From the NCBI GenBank assembly GCA_964106915.2, contig OZ066916.1: a stretch of 64,000 bases of DNA; one strand, 5' to 3'. This document shows, one piece after another, positions 25,090-39,298 of this stretch. The DNA comes from Podarcis gaigeae. Lineage: Eukaryota. Position 1 is the stretch's first letter, and every line of letters begins with the position of its first letter. The notes below the pieces were generated by a model, which saw only the letters and a list, made by a program, of their open reading frames with translations, searched no databases and had not been told where the DNA came from. A program made the position numbers and the translations under genes.

Positions 25090-26158
25090 TATAACAGGGA
25101 GGAGCGAAGGTCTGGAAGAAAAGGAGAAGAAATGTGACCTTTACTCTTTTCTCCACACTCACTTCCCCAGGAGGTCTGACTAGTCTCCTGTTCCAGGCCG
25201 CCCACATCCCTGAGCATGAGCAGTGCTTTTAGGAAGTGGGGATGCACTGCATCATTTTTTTATGTGTTTCTTCATTAGTCATAACAGAGCGGCCAAGCTG
25301 GTGCTCTGTAGATGTCATTGGCCTTGGGGCTCTGACCATCCCTGACCACCATTTGAGCTGGAGTCCATTTGGATGGTGTCAAGTTGACTGTCCCGGTTCA
25401 TACAATAACCCATATGTCAAGCATAAACAAGTGATACCAGAGTGTATGAAAGAGAGGGCATGCAACAATGAGTGTGAGTGAGCATGTAAGTGCCATATAC
25501 TTGCATGCTCCCAGCGAAAGCTTCTAGCATAATCAACTGTGCACATCTTTGCTTTAAAACAGTCTGCCAACATTACCCACAGAGAAAAAATCTTTAAAGG
25601 CCGCACAGGAAGCCAAAATCTAATTCAGGAACTATGTCATTTTTGGAAATAACGATAACGACCAAGGTCTCCGTTTAAGTATCTACCCGTTTCGAGCTGT
25701 TTAGCATTTCTAGCAACACGCTTTAGAAAATGGGAGTCAACAAGTGATTTTCAAAAGCACAGCTGACACGGCACCTCCCTCAGACCTCTTAGACCTTCTC
25801 AACAGAATTCAAAGCTAGTTCACCCACAGCCACCTCCAATTTTGTTTTCATTTCTGCCTCCTCACAGAGGGATAAATGGAAAGTTACAGTGGGAAAATGG
25901 CACAAATTCTTAGCATAGGCTCCGTAAATGACTGCAGTTTTGCCAGGAGAGGGGAAAAGAACACAGGTTACACAGGCTACAAATTGAAAAGATTAAATCC
26001 AATTTGTTGGTTCTCTCTCCTGGGCTAGGTTTCTATACTGAAACTTCTCTTTGAGCTTTTGCTACAGGCAGAAGTAATATGCTCAAATATTAAAAACAAA
26101 AATAGATTTCTGAAAACAAATATGACCCACACGCAAAGCTCTCTCACTCTTGTGCGCG

Positions 26159-26159
<1 letters not shown>

Positions 26160-26189
<30 letters not shown>

Positions 26190-26190
26190 T
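26160..26190. repeat. (CT)n(CA)n microsatellite
   Basis: Direct inspection. Confidence 0.9.
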
Positions 26191-28288
26191 ACTCTCCCCC
26201 CACAAACAAAATCCTTTGATACCTTGGATCCATTGAGTAATATTGCATAGCTAGAAAAGGCCAAGGAAATAGGTCAAATATAATAAACAGCCTTTACCTA
26301 CCACACTGAAAAGTCAGCAAATGGATAAAGGAATCTGATAGCAAAGCTCAGATGCACAGGGTGGGCAAATACCATAGAAAATGAACAGAACACCAAGATA
26401 GGTTGAACAAGCACAGTAAACTTGATGAGACCATCTATAGCCCCTAATCATTAAGTTGCTTTTTTTTTTTTAAAAAAAAGAACTCTTTAGTTGTATTTTT
26501 AATATAACATTACATGATTTGGGCTTTTTCATGCAGCAGCATGCAGCTACCAGTCATTATCGTTAAGTGTGGTGCAATAAAGTAATTCACATGCATGAAT
26601 TACTTGATATTACTTGATAATAAGCAGCAATTCTCGCAGGACAGGGGTGGGCAGAAGCCAAATCTACTGGTAGATCACTGGATTATTTGTTGGGCATTGG
26701 CAAGAAGTTGCAGCTCCCAATTGTTTAATCACAACAACTTCTCAAAGGTTCTCCCCACCACCAGCCCATGCCTCAGATTCAGTAGTTTGAATCCTTGATG
26801 TGTAAGTAACACAGATATACGGTACATACGCAGGTCATATGCAGGCATGGCTCATGGGGAGCAGTAATTATGTGATTCTGACCCTGAGCCACTATTTCAC
26901 ATTCCCACAGAGCTACTGGACTTTGACCACCAAAACCAAAGGTCCAACATGTTGTTGGACTACAACTCCCATCGTCCTTGACTGCTGTGGATAATGGAAG
27001 TTGGGAATCCAGCCACATCTGAATAGCCGCAAGAGAATCCAGGTTTGTTCCCCCCCTTTTTTTTGTCTGTGAAATGTGAGCAGGTGTAACACTGACCTAG
27101 TTCACACATCATAGCAGCCAAAGTATTGCCTACCTGGAGTTTGCAAAAATGCTTGCTCTCAGATAGGAGATCATACCTGCTTTGCTCCAACCTGGGCTTT
27201 TTAGCTCAGCACAGGAAAGCAGCTAAGCCAAGGTTTGGATTAGTGCCAACTGAACCCAGGATAATAATTAAGCTCCCTCCTCCTGAACCAGAAGTTGTAC
27301 CTCTAAGTAAACCTTGGTTCCACTGCATGGTTAACTATAAGAAACCTTAACTATGATCCCAGGTTTGAAGGACAAACCTTACCTTAGCTGTCACACGGAG
27401 ATAAAAAGCCCAGCAGGGAGCAAAATGGGTGCAATTTCCTCCTTGAGAACCAGCATGGGTTAGGTTAGCTTCACGTGACACCGAAAACAGCTACTATCTG
27501 ATAAAGTTTTTTTTGTATTAACATTATTATTGATCTAATATTTATAAATCCTTAATTCAGGATAAATTCTGAACCCAGTGACCACATAAACTGCACATGT
27601 GAAAGTCAAGCACTACCTTAGTTATTCAAAATAAAATTCTATTATTTTATTTATTTTTTCAATAGCAATGCCCATGCAACAATAGGCTAATTTTCTCGTG
27701 GGAGATACTATTTTTCTGTCATTCTGAAGCATGCTAAGCTTCAGAAATCCAAAGATTGCAAAGATTTCTTAATTTTGCTTATTTTGAGGCATATGTGTTT
27801 CTTATTTGTTTTGCTTGTAAAAGAGTGTAATTGCCAACACACACACCCCAAAAGGGCAACCCAAGATTTAGCTATTGTATCTTGAACAATGAAGTTGGAA
27901 CTGCATAAAAGACATCTAAACATTATCAATGAAAACACAATAAAATATTTAAGACTGGAGCTTCATGTATGGCTTCCACAGCTTGATAATATATGCTTGC
28001 TTGGTGTGAGAAACACAGACACAAATGAGTTAATATTTATTTTATCAATTTCATTAAAAATATTGGCAAGTAATCCTTCATCCACTGGAGTACAGAATTT
28101 AAATTGGACCAACCAGCTAAATTATATAATAGATAACACACACACACCAACAAACAAACAAACCTCACAATCCAAACAAAGGCATCTAAGAAACAGGTTA
28201 ATATTCAATACTTCCAAAAGCAACAACCCAAACTGGGTATGACAACTTGTAATGTGCTCCCAAGGTAAAAATGTGCTATTGGGAGATG

Positions 28289-28348
<60 letters not shown>
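28289..28348. repeat. (GT)n(GA)n microsatellite
   Basis: Direct inspection. Confidence 0.95.
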
Positions 28349-28351
<3 letters not shown>

Positions 28352-29287
28352 TTGATTCAAGTGCTAGCATTTAAGCGTCCCAGATAGCAACAATACAGCC
28401 AAATTCCAGTTTCAAAAGTTATCTCAACAAGTAAAGAATTTGCTTATGCTAGATTGCTTTTTATAACTCTGCTTAGCATCTGTGTGTATAATACCTCAAA
28501 GCAAACAGATATGCTTTTCCTACACAAGTTTATCTTACCCATCTCAGAAACTAAGCATATGGCCAGTACTCATCAGTGCCATTTAGATGTAGGACACAGA
28601 TTACAAAGATTACCCTCTACCACCACAGACACACCCAACCACAATAATGCAAGAACACAGACCAAGCACCTGAAGGCGTTTTCACTACCTCATTTGAAGA
28701 TCAAGACTTCAGATAGGCAAAGTTGCTGTTACAGCTCCAATTAGTAGTTCTGCATGAACATAAAAGCACTGCTAAATGTATGAAGAAATTACGCAATCAT
28801 AAAAGCCAGTTCTAACCACTATGAAAACAATACAGAACAGTAAATTGTAAATCAAGGTGGGTAATCTATTTCTGACCAAGGGCAAAAGGCAATATCAGGA
28901 AGAGCAATAGATGTGACTCTTACTTTTGTATAGTAGGCTACATTCCAGCCACCTAAAAATCACAGGGCTTCTACAAAGATGCACACCCACCCTTCGCTAT
29001 AGCCACCCATGCAATTACCTTTATCCCAATTCAGTGATATATCTCAGACAAGTAAAAAATACTAAAAGAGAGTGCCAAACAGGTCTAGTGAGAGCTGTGG
29101 CCTGAGGGAAAGGGGTGTTGAGGGAGAGAGCCCTGAGAGACAGACAGAAACGCCCCTGAACTTGAGGTTCCTCACCTGTTGTAAATGTGTAACTATTCAG
29201 CTTGGAGAGTGGTAAATGGTCTATCCAGCATCCAAAATTTTACCTGGATTTGGGAAGACGCAGCTTAATCTATTTATAAGCAAACTA

Positions 29288-29513
29288 CAGTGGTACCTCG
29301 GGTTAAGAACTTAATTCGTTCCGGAGGTCCGTTCTTAACCTGAAACTGTTCTTAACCTGAAGCACCACTTTAGCTAATGGGGCCTGCCGCTGCTGCCGTG
29401 CCACCGCCACACGATTTCTGTTCTCATCCTGAAGCAAAGTTCTTAACCTGAGGTACTATTTCTGGGTTAGCGGAGTCTGCAACCTGAAGCATATGTAAGC
29501 CAAGGTACCACTG
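29288..29513. mobile_element. Tc1/mariner MITE, family A (inverted relative to 10725)
   Basis: TA|CAGTGGTACCTCG..AGGTACCACTG|TA. Confidence 0.9.
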
Positions 29514-29726
29514 TATGTATGAGGAAACCGCCTCTCCCCTAGTGCAACTCTCATGTACAGGCCTCGCACCAGTGGTCAAAGGTGTGGGAAATAGTAGTCC
29601 AGAAACATCTGGAAGGGGACAGTTTCCACATCCTTGGATTGTGACAAGATAGGGCCTACACAGACTCAAAATAAGGCTCTAAAGGTGCCTAGGACACTCC
29701 TGCACCCACAGACCGTACATGAATCA

Positions 29727-29727
<1 letters not shown>

Positions 29728-29775
<48 letters not shown>

Positions 29776-29776
29776 G
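29728..29776. repeat. (ATT)n microsatellite
   Basis: Direct inspection. Confidence 0.95.
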
Positions 29777-31282
29777 CAGTGTTCTGTAAAAGTTCTCTCA
29801 GAAATTAACATGAACACCCATGAAAGAAGAATTGTGGACTCTGTGCACAATATACTGACTGTGCGCAAAGCCCCCTAAAAACCACAAGCTTCTCCTCTAC
29901 CAGAAGAATCTGAGGAATCCAGAGCGAAAGTCATAAGGAAATTAATCCCACACATTTATTTGAACAAGCCAGTTAATAACCGCTGCATTACAGTAAAGCA
30001 CAGCTCCATCCGAAACCTTTACCAGCTGCTGAGTGAACTTATTTTCTATTTGTAAAGCTTAAGAGAAACAGAGTCGGGCTTTAAAGCTTTATCTCAATTA
30101 TACTTATTAAGAGCAAGTACTACCTTTTAATATTAAGCAGGACTTAATAAAACCTTCCTTCCAGCTGTATAAAACATCTCTTGTTCAAGCTCAAACAACT
30201 GAAAAGGTATTTTTAAAATCATGCCATGCATTCCAATTGAGGTGATGATACAATTCCTTGGTGCTTGTGATCCTTACAATCAGGCTTGACCAACAATACA
30301 GTTCCTACTAATTATGTGAACCTGGACTAGGGCAGGAAGAACACATTAATCAATCTTGTGTTTGTCATGACTATTGTAATGTGCTTTTAATGAATAGCAG
30401 TTAATTTTTTTTGATGTTTTTGCCTTTTTCCTCATTCCAAAAGAGGGGTGGGGATGGGGAGGGAGAGAAAATAAAAGGAAAAGGAAAAATCCAGATGAGT
30501 TTTACTCAGAGGCCCTGCCATTTTACCTTTTTCTTTTAAATAACCAATGTTTCATCTTGACTTTGATTTAAAGTTAGCCTACCTCTACATAGAATTTGAA
30601 ACTTTACGAGAGAATACGTTCAAGACGAAGGGGAAAGAGTCGGTGTTGCGTTTAGGAATGTTAATTTCATTGCGTATACAATTAGGGAAAGTCCAGTTCT
30701 CTTTTTGCCTTCACAAATGATTAATTTTATCAATTGTGGTACAAGAGTAACTTAACTTGAGGGAGCATCACGCAGCAGAATGTACAACAACCACACACAC
30801 ATGCTAATCATTAGTCTGACAAAAAGACAGACACCCCCCCCCCCCCGCTCTGAGAGCATCAGAAAAGGCCTTGGAAAAACGCATGGGGAGAAGACACGAG
30901 GGATTCTTTTAGAGCAATGTTGAAATCTACACACAGTGTGTCTGCTTTGAAACAAAAGAAAAGCTGGAAGAAAGAGCAGAAAAGAAGTTCTAAAAAAGTA
31001 AAAGTTATAATATTCAGCAGCCCTGAGTTTTTGCTTGAGTGGTATTCAGATACATGTTACTAGAAGAGAAATAATTAATTTATGTTACTTGTATAGTTCC
31101 CCATGTCATGGAATACCATGAAGATGACAACAAGTCCAAAAACAGATGCACAGGCCAACTTTTGAGACCACTTATTGCGCCCTCAGGTTACATCAACTGG
31201 GCTTGTTTGGCAGGGGTGAGCTGGAAGCCCTCCTCTGACGTATTTCAGGTCGCACCTTTATCTCAGGTGCTTATCAAGGATA

Positions 31283-31497
31283 AAAGGTAAAGGTAAAGGG
31301 ACCGCTGACCATTAGGTCCAGTCATGGTCGACTCTGGGGTTGCGGCGCTCATCTCGCTTTATTGGCTGAGGGAGCTGGTGTACAGCTTCCGGGTCATGTG
31401 GCCAGCATGACTAAGCCGCTTCTGGCGAACCAGAGCAGCGCACGGAAACGCCGTTTACCTTCCCGCTGGAGTGGTACCTATTTATCTACTTGCACTT
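31283..31497 (-). mobile_element. Sauria SINE, 5'-truncated
   Basis: (AAAGGT)n tail on the plus strand; body homologous to 18789 and 57541. Confidence 0.9.
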
Positions 31498-32712
31498 GTA
31501 GTCCAAGGCAACTGGAGGAACCCAGGATTGCAAAGGCTACTGCACAACAAAAATAACAACTTAAGCAGCACTTTCTGATTCAATAAGCTAGAAATACTAC
31601 CAGTGACTATAGTAATATTTTATTAAGACATTTCCCTGCAAAGTACACTTTGTCAGAATCATTATACTCAGTCACTAAACAAGACAAGTGCTATGACTTT
31701 TCATAAGCCTAATGGGATATGTGCTATTTTAGAGGGTTACTTGATATTATTATTATTTTGTAACACAAACTGCAGCAAAGAATAGTTTTGTGCAGTTTTA
31801 AAACAGTGTGCAATTAGAATACAGGCAATATGAAAAACAAAGCTACAAAGAATCCAGTTGTGTGTGATTTTGACTGCCACCTACTGGTCAGAGTCAGATC
31901 ATTTTAAAAGCATATACTTTAAAGTCTAGTGATTTAATTATAAAGCAGGGTTCCCCCCCCCACAAGTAACGTTGAGCAAATACCAGGATGGGGGGGGGGA
32001 GAACCATCTGGAATAAATATTGCAAGAGGTATGTATAGCCACAAAGAAAATGCACTAAAATATGCATACAGCGTGTGGTGTGAAATAAACTTTTCCAAAA
32101 CCTGGGTAAATACAATAAAAGCAACTGTGGGGGGAGGGAATGACTTGCTCAGAACCACTTAGAAAAGTATCATTGTTCCTGAATGGAACATGTAAAATTT
32201 TAAGGTGGTAAGAGCTGTTGAGCACTTGCTATCTCAGGGAACGCAGGCCTTTTTCTCTTCTTATTTTTTTCCAACTACCAGATTTAGAGACGGATCACAC
32301 AAGCCATACACTTAATGTGTTTCAGAGTATATTATTTAATCCTTCTCTCTTCTGTCTATCAAGACAGGCCATCACACGCACTGACTACCAATTCCAGAAA
32401 CACCTCTCTCTGATTCAGAGGAAGTTTTAATTATCCCACAAGCCCACCCTTTAATATACTAAGGACTATTACTACGTTGGCCCTTTCCCTCTTTATTAGT
32501 GATCGTGTTGCATTGCCATGTGGTGGCCTTTTGCTGTTGTGTGCATTTTCGATTTTACTTTAAAATAAAACTTCACATGAAAACTGTCACCAGAAGAAAC
32601 AGCATGCACAGAAGCAACAACTCTGCCAGAACTGTCTTGCCCATAACAACATTGAAATGAGTAAAAAACACCCCACAGCTGGCGAAGTTCTCCTGTGCAG
32701 CTTTTGCAAGTA

Positions 32713-32936
32713 CAGTGGTACCTCCGGTTGCGGATGGCATCCCTTCCGGAGCTCCGGTTGTATCCTGAGGTTTCCATAACCAGACGGAACACTTCTGTGC
32801 ATGCACGCACGCATGGTGGCAGAGCACTTCTGCGCATGCGCGCACAGCAAAAACCCAGAAATATACTTCCGGGTTTGCCGCTTATGTATCCTGAAGTTTA
32901 CATAAGTGGAGGGATACGTAAGCGGAGGTACAACTG
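32713..32936. mobile_element. Tc1/mariner MITE, family B-like
   Basis: TA|CAGTGGTACCTCCG..CGGAGGTACAACTG|TA. Confidence 0.85.
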
Positions 32937-33039
32937 TAGAAGGGCTCTCTGGCAACGGACTTCAACTGGTGGGTTGGGACCCACTGCCAGGTCAATATCT
33001 GATCAAAGGTGGGTCTGCAAAAGGGCATCGAATGTCAAT

Positions 33040-33280
33040 CAGTCAAAGGCCTGGCTGAAGAGGAACATTTTTGCCAGCAGCCTAAATGAAGGCACCAGAT
33101 GAACCTTCCTGGGAAAAGTATTTCATGAATGAGGAGCTGCAGAAAAGGTCCATTTTCATCTTGTCTCCTCTCTGGACCTCTCATGGAGGAGACACACAAA
33201 GAAGAGACTAAGAGGATGATCTCAGGGTCCAGGTAGGTTGAGGTATTGCGGTCCTGAGCTATTTAAGGTTTTATAGGGGG
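33040..33280 (-). mobile_element. Old L2 fragment
   Basis: Degenerate similarity (caaaggcctgg..ggtcctgagc..aaggttttatagg) to the L2 at 17850-18125. Confidence 0.5.
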
Positions 33281-33387
33281 AAACAAGCCACCATCTGGGC
33301 TTTGAAAAACAGGGTTCCTCACTGGGGCACTGGGGCTATCAGACTGGGCAGCAACACCAGACTGTGTGGTAGTTCCCTTACTCCCAG

Positions 33388-34171
33388 CATACCCTCCAAC
33401 ATTAATTCAATGAAAATAGGGACATCCCATTCCATAATGATAATTTTACTATTTATACCCCATAAACCTACTGAGTTACCCTAGCCACTCTGAGCAGCTT
33501 CCAACACATATAAATACATAATAAAACATTAAACATTTAAAACCCTTCCCTAGACAGGATTGATTTCAGATCGCTCGGGGGGGGGGGTCAGATAACGCTA
33601 TACCCTCCAACATTTCTCCAATGAAAATAGGGACATTCTACTGTGCCCTCCAACATTTCTCCCATGAAAATAAGGAAAAGTGGGACATTCCAGGATCAAA
33701 TCAGAAACTGGGATGGCTTCTCTAAATAAGGTACATATCTGGCAGTGTTAGAATCCGAGATATGAAAGCTAAGAGCTAAATGGCACCTTAAGCCCAGGTT
33801 ATGGGTGCAACAATGGAATGTTTAGGTGCATTTTTAATAACAAGAATACAAAGCTGAAAATGAATGAACTGCAGCTAAAATATTATGTTCATTTTTCACA
33901 TGGTCTAGTCCTTCCCCTGCCTACCTCTCCCATCCAATATTCTTAAGAAGCTCTCTTCTCCAGTCTTCAGAGAGTAGCTGGAAATGAGGAGGCAGAAAAA
34001 GGTCCTCCTTTCCTTCCATTCTGCAGTTTTAATCTGAAATCTTAGGCGCAGTAACTCTCTCAGATCTCAGAAACTGCCCACGCTAATGAAATTCCCTGCC
34101 ACAAAATGTGCCTAGAACAGTGGGAGTTTCAAACACTGGTCCCTGGAAAATAGGGACACTTGGAGGGTCTG
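33388..34171 (-). mobile_element. Second copy of the composite CATACCCTCCAA-TIR element, with a nested insertion
   Basis: CATACCCTCCAA..TTGGAGGGTCTG ends; 6-bp TSD TCCCAG/TCTCAG; reverse-complement homology to 17308-17590 and 18510-18589. Confidence 0.75.
33743..34138. mobile_element. Nested hAT-like element
   Basis: CAGTGTTAGAA..TTCAAACACTG TIRs; absent from the 17308 copy of the host; degenerate 8-bp TSD (ATATCTGG/GTCCCTGG). Confidence 0.55.
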
Positions 34172-37100
34172 TCTCAGATGACACTGCTACCAAGAAAGGC
34201 GGTTGAGGTGAGGAGCAGTTCTAGCACAGCCTCACCTTCCTCAAACAGACCACAACAAGTTGCCTTAGGACTCTAGTAAAGCTGTGCTCTGGCTTGATGA
34301 GAACCCTTTTTAGCCCACTGACAAAATGATCCATGATATTAACATCATATTGAATAGGACATGGATGCCAAGTTTGTTACAAAATTCATCTTTACCAAGT
34401 ATATTTTTTTGCATCCATGCTATACAGGATCTTCTGAGGTTCTGGTAAGGAACTCAAATGTTTCAAAACATAGTTTTCAATAAGCTACCTTGAGAGAATC
34501 CAGATACAATTCCTAATTAATACCAATAGATATCTAGATAATATATTCCACATAATATATTCCCCATCTTTGCCTATATTAAGCATCAATACATGCTCTC
34601 AGAATTCAGATTGTAAAACTTGTTGTCCTGTACATTAAAAAAAAAAAATAGTATGCATCACCAATGAAATACAGCCTTTGACATGCTCTGTCTCTCTGTG
34701 TGTAGCTGATCTCAAAAATAAAAGCCTCTTGATGGATTAATGCCAATAGTTCCAAATTAATCAGCCCCATAATGCTTTGCATGTGCCTACACATTGGTCT
34801 TTACATCACAATAAATCTTGAGCCATTAAGTTGCATTTTGCGTTCTCTTACCATAAATTACTCACATCATGCGCCTGTGCACACAAACCCTGTATAAGAA
34901 GTTTGCTAAGCTTTGACTAGCATGCTAACAAAATACCTGAACATTGCCTTAAGTCAAAACATTTAGACATTACGGAGCAGCCTTGATACATTAGGTTCCC
35001 CTCCCCCATCCTGAATACAGGGCTGTTTATTGGAGATTCTGTGCCTTTGACATTCATCAACCAAGGCTGACAGCTTTAAACTGTTTAGATCTGTAGATCA
35101 GATAGTGGAAGCAAATTTTTATTGGTAGACATTAGAGTTAGGGGTATACCTGCTGTTTCCCAAGGATATTAGGTTGTATACCTAAATACAGTGGATTTAA
35201 ATTTACTTACATCTATTTATTTCAATAGGTATACCCCATTTAATTAGTTAGGTAGTTAGATACAACCTATTTGTCCTCTGCATTCTTGTAGCAGGTGCAC
35301 ACAAAATGTTAAAAGTGACCTTTCCTTCTAACAAGCAGTAGTAGCTTTTGTTTATTAAAATGAAGATTGTTTTGCATTGCCCTGTCTCAGAAAGGCACCT
35401 AAACTAAGGTGTTGCCAATGTGTAAATGTAGTGAATTTTTAAACATTTCAACCATCTTGTTATTCCACAACAGCACCATCCGTTCTTGCTTCAGCCTGCA
35501 ATGCATTCAAGTGCTGAAGGGGTGAGTTAAATCCTGGAGGAAAAATAAACAAGACCTCCGAAAATCAAGCATAAGCTCTTCTTCCCTTCCATTCCAGGTC
35601 TCAAGTAATCAAACAGTAATGAGATGATTATTTTTGCACATTGCAATGAGAGATATGCAGAGTTTTTCTGAGAAAACAAAATGGGGTTGTTTTTGCAATA
35701 ACCTGAAATTGTTTGTCCAGTGTAGACAAGAATTGTTTTAAGATAATGAATCTGTAGGATAAACAGTCCTGGCTCCTTGAATCTGTAAACAAAACATTTA
35801 TTTACTTATTTATTTGGATGTTTGCACTATGGCCCATAGACATTCGTGAACTGCAGCTTTGAAACTGAGCAATGTTAATTTGCTGCCATGACCTCAGATT
35901 GTCAAACTGCAATCATACAAATATGTCTTCCATTGAGATCCATGCTATGCATACACAAAATGAGGGTGTTTTAGCTTTGGGGAAACAGTACTGTATTATA
36001 TATGCAAAAAAAATTCCCAACACTTTCATGGAAATATATATGGCATGTAATTTAAACCAATTTGATTATGCCAGTAGAAACAGGTAAGAAGCCTCTTAAT
36101 CAGAATGGCAAACATTATTAATTTATATTAACCAAGTGGAACAAACTTTATACCAGAAAAAAAAATGCAATACTTTTACATTTACACACACACACCTACT
36201 GATGTGTGCATTTGTACGTGTATGTTTATAAACACACATACACACACACTTATGTATTACTAACAGCTGCTTTGGGTTCCCTTTTCAAAGGATTAGTGGG
36301 GTAAGCACATGAGAATTAAAAAGGAAAAAATAGTTTACCCAAGCTGGAAATTGGCACCAGCGGTATCTCCTTGTCAAGCAAGCAACCATTGCAACTTCGT
36401 GTCTTTCTATAAGATGCAGTGCACACATTTTTCTTTCTTGGCACAAGGAGTTTTAGAACTGAGCTATAAAAAACTGTTTAACAATGCAACCCTATCACTG
36501 AGTTGCATCAGCTGCAGAAGGATAGCATCACTCCATTCCAAGATAGTAAAGTGTAGTAAACTTAATCAGCCTTACTTAAAATGTCATAACATCTTAGTCA
36601 TCAAAACTTTATGAGCTGGGCCGTAGCTAGGATGGCACTGCAGGGTGGGCAGCAGACTAGGGAGAGATGTAGGTTTGTGTAATCTTAGTTGTCACCCTGT
36701 TCTCTGTTCTCCTCTATACTTTTACAGCTTTCCAAAGTTGGGGCTCCACTTCAGATAGCAAAAATATATTGAGCTGGCACTGATCACTGAACCGCTGCAT
36801 AACAAGGGTGCTATCTGGTGAATGCAGACTCACTCGGAAAGTGGGGGTCCTGGTTTAGTGAACTATGTGGAAGGGGAAAGAGCAAAGATGAACTGCCAAG
36901 CCCTCATTCTCAATGGACAACTAGGCACAAATGTCTGCTGTAGCTGCTAACTGTAATACATCACTATATTCACTTGCAACCTATCAGCCTTTCAACATGC
37001 ACCTAAGCCAGAACTTTGCCCTCCCAACACCAAGTAAGATCACAAGAGAGGCCAATAACAAGCAGTGTCTAAGGAGCAGCCAGTAGTTCCTCTGCATAGG

Positions 37101-38409
37101 AAACAATGACCTGAATCAGCCATTGATTTAAATTGCGGAATTCCTGTTATCTTTGAAAGCTGCTGGAGGGACAGAAATGTAGGAGGTGTGGATTTACACA
37201 GCATGTGGGAAACAGTGAAAGGGAATGCTGCACCTGTTGCCAGGCACCACTTTCAAAGGAAGAGGGAATCTGTGAGAAAGAAGGCGGACAGCAACACCAT
37301 TTCTCTAGGATGCTAGTGGGACTCGCTCCATATAACTGATAGTGTTCATAAAAGCCGACACTGTTTCTGCCCTCGCTCTGTTCTTCTGATAGCTTGCACA
37401 TGTATTTGCTTGTGGAGTGAAAGTCCCTTTTACTCACATAAGACCATTTTCATGATAGGTACAAAATGTGAGGGGGGCACTGGGGTGGATCTCCACTACA
37501 ACAGGCCAGGAAGGACTGAGAGTCTGAATCATCACCAGAAAGGCTGGAGTTGGGGTTGAGAAGAGAAACTAAACAACTAAATGACTTCTTTATTGCTCCC
37601 CAGTTATTAATGAAGTAGTGTTACAACTATGAGGGGGCGGGAAGAAAGAGAAGAGGCTGAGACCGACAGCAAGGTGTCCTTGGAAAACATCACCAAACAC
37701 TGGTCATCAGCATCATATGAATATCCACCAGTTGTAGCACAATGAGAAATGGACTAGGCAGAACAGAAAGCACACAGAGGTGTACACAAGTCCAACAGTG
37801 ATCAGGATTTCCATACACTGATCCAGGCATGGTCAACCTGTGGTCGTCTGGATGCAGCTGGACTACAGCTGTAATTCCCTTTCCACTGGCAAAGCTGGCT
37901 GGGGCTGATGAGAGTTCACAGTCCAATATCCAACACCTGGAGGGTCGCAGGTTGCCCAGCAATGCTCTAATCACTCTGACCAGCTGTCTAAGTTAAAAAG
38001 TGGGCTTTTTAGAAAAGGTTGGAACACGAAAAATTGACATCACCTTAAGTGATTTGAGATCTAGGAAGTTTAACTTTGTAAACAAAACTTTTTAAATATG
38101 CCATGCTAATTTTACATCTCTGTAGGACAAAACTGTTGAAAGGAAATACTTTGTTTAGGGGAAAACAACAATAAAGCATATCAGTGTTTTAACAGACAGT
38201 GTAACATAAACAAACTCAAACTTGTACTTTAGAAATTATTTTTACTGAAATACTCATAAAACTTTTTTAAAGCATACTTGCAAAATGTTATTTTTAAGAG
38301 ACAACTCAATAGAGCATGTATTCTCCATCTTTCAATGTAAAGGAAAAGAACAGAAACCATCACATACTAATTTTAGCATGCCCAAGGAGCTATGAATGCA
38401 TATATATGC

Positions 38410-38447
38410 GCTCTCTCTCTCTCTCTCTCTCTGCGTGTGTGCGTGTG

Positions 38448-38487
<40 letters not shown>
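38410..38487. repeat. (CT)n-(GT)n-(GA)n compound microsatellite
   Basis: Direct inspection. Confidence 0.95.
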
Positions 38488-38490
<3 letters not shown>

Positions 38491-39298
38491 ACTTTGAAAC
38501 TGCCCAATTTGCGTTATTGTAGAAGCTCATGTTTATTCACTGATTTTCTGAAAAACTGCATCTTTAGAAATGGAAAAAGGGATGTGGAAAAACTCAACAT
38601 GGAAATAAATTCCGCCACAAATCACTAGTCCCTTTCCAGCCTCTGTTTGTCCTCCTTCAGTACCAATTTATATGGCTTGAGTCCTGGGGTGTATATAATG
38701 CACCAATCCTCTATTTGATTTACTATAAAACATACCCTACTTTTTGACCTAGAGCTCCACAAAGCAGATAACATGCATGAAAACAGGAAAGCGATTAAAG
38801 ACATTATGAAGGCCTGATCTACAGTTGTAATTTCAGGGTGCTGGTCACTTAAGTGTGAGATTGGTCTTATAGTTGCACTCCTCTTCCCCTTTCCATTTAC
38901 CATTAGTATCATATTCACTAGACCCCAAAGGGCTGTTGACCTTGTAAAGGCCACATTCTCAACTTCTAGACATGTGACTCAAGCCCACCACAGTGTACAA
39001 GAAACCAAAACCAGTATATAAAACATACACCAAAACTAATACAGGTTAAATGGCAGTTCACCAATGCAATATGATCAGCGCACAATAATAAAAATTTCCA
39101 TTTCTGAATAGAAATAGAAATGTCTTAAGCATGCATCGGAAATAATGGATTGTTGGTGCATGCCCTATTTATAATGATAACAATTTGCACATTAAAGTGG
39201 CCACAGCACTGATTGGATACCAGGTGAATAGCAGAAGTACTTGGTACTACCAGAATGTAATCTGCCAGGGAATGCAATGATCAAGCAGGTGCTTAAGG

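Noticed and set aside
21945-27480. Degenerate AAACC..GGTTT-rich palindromic segments at ~21945-22260 and ~27095-27475
   Set aside because: Probably old MITEs, but termini and TSDs could not be defined well enough to annotate.
33388-33700. Repeated CCCTCCAACATT..GAAAATAGGGAC units as a CRISPR-like array
   Set aside because: Irregular spacing, vertebrate context and no cas genes; these are transposon subterminal repeats.
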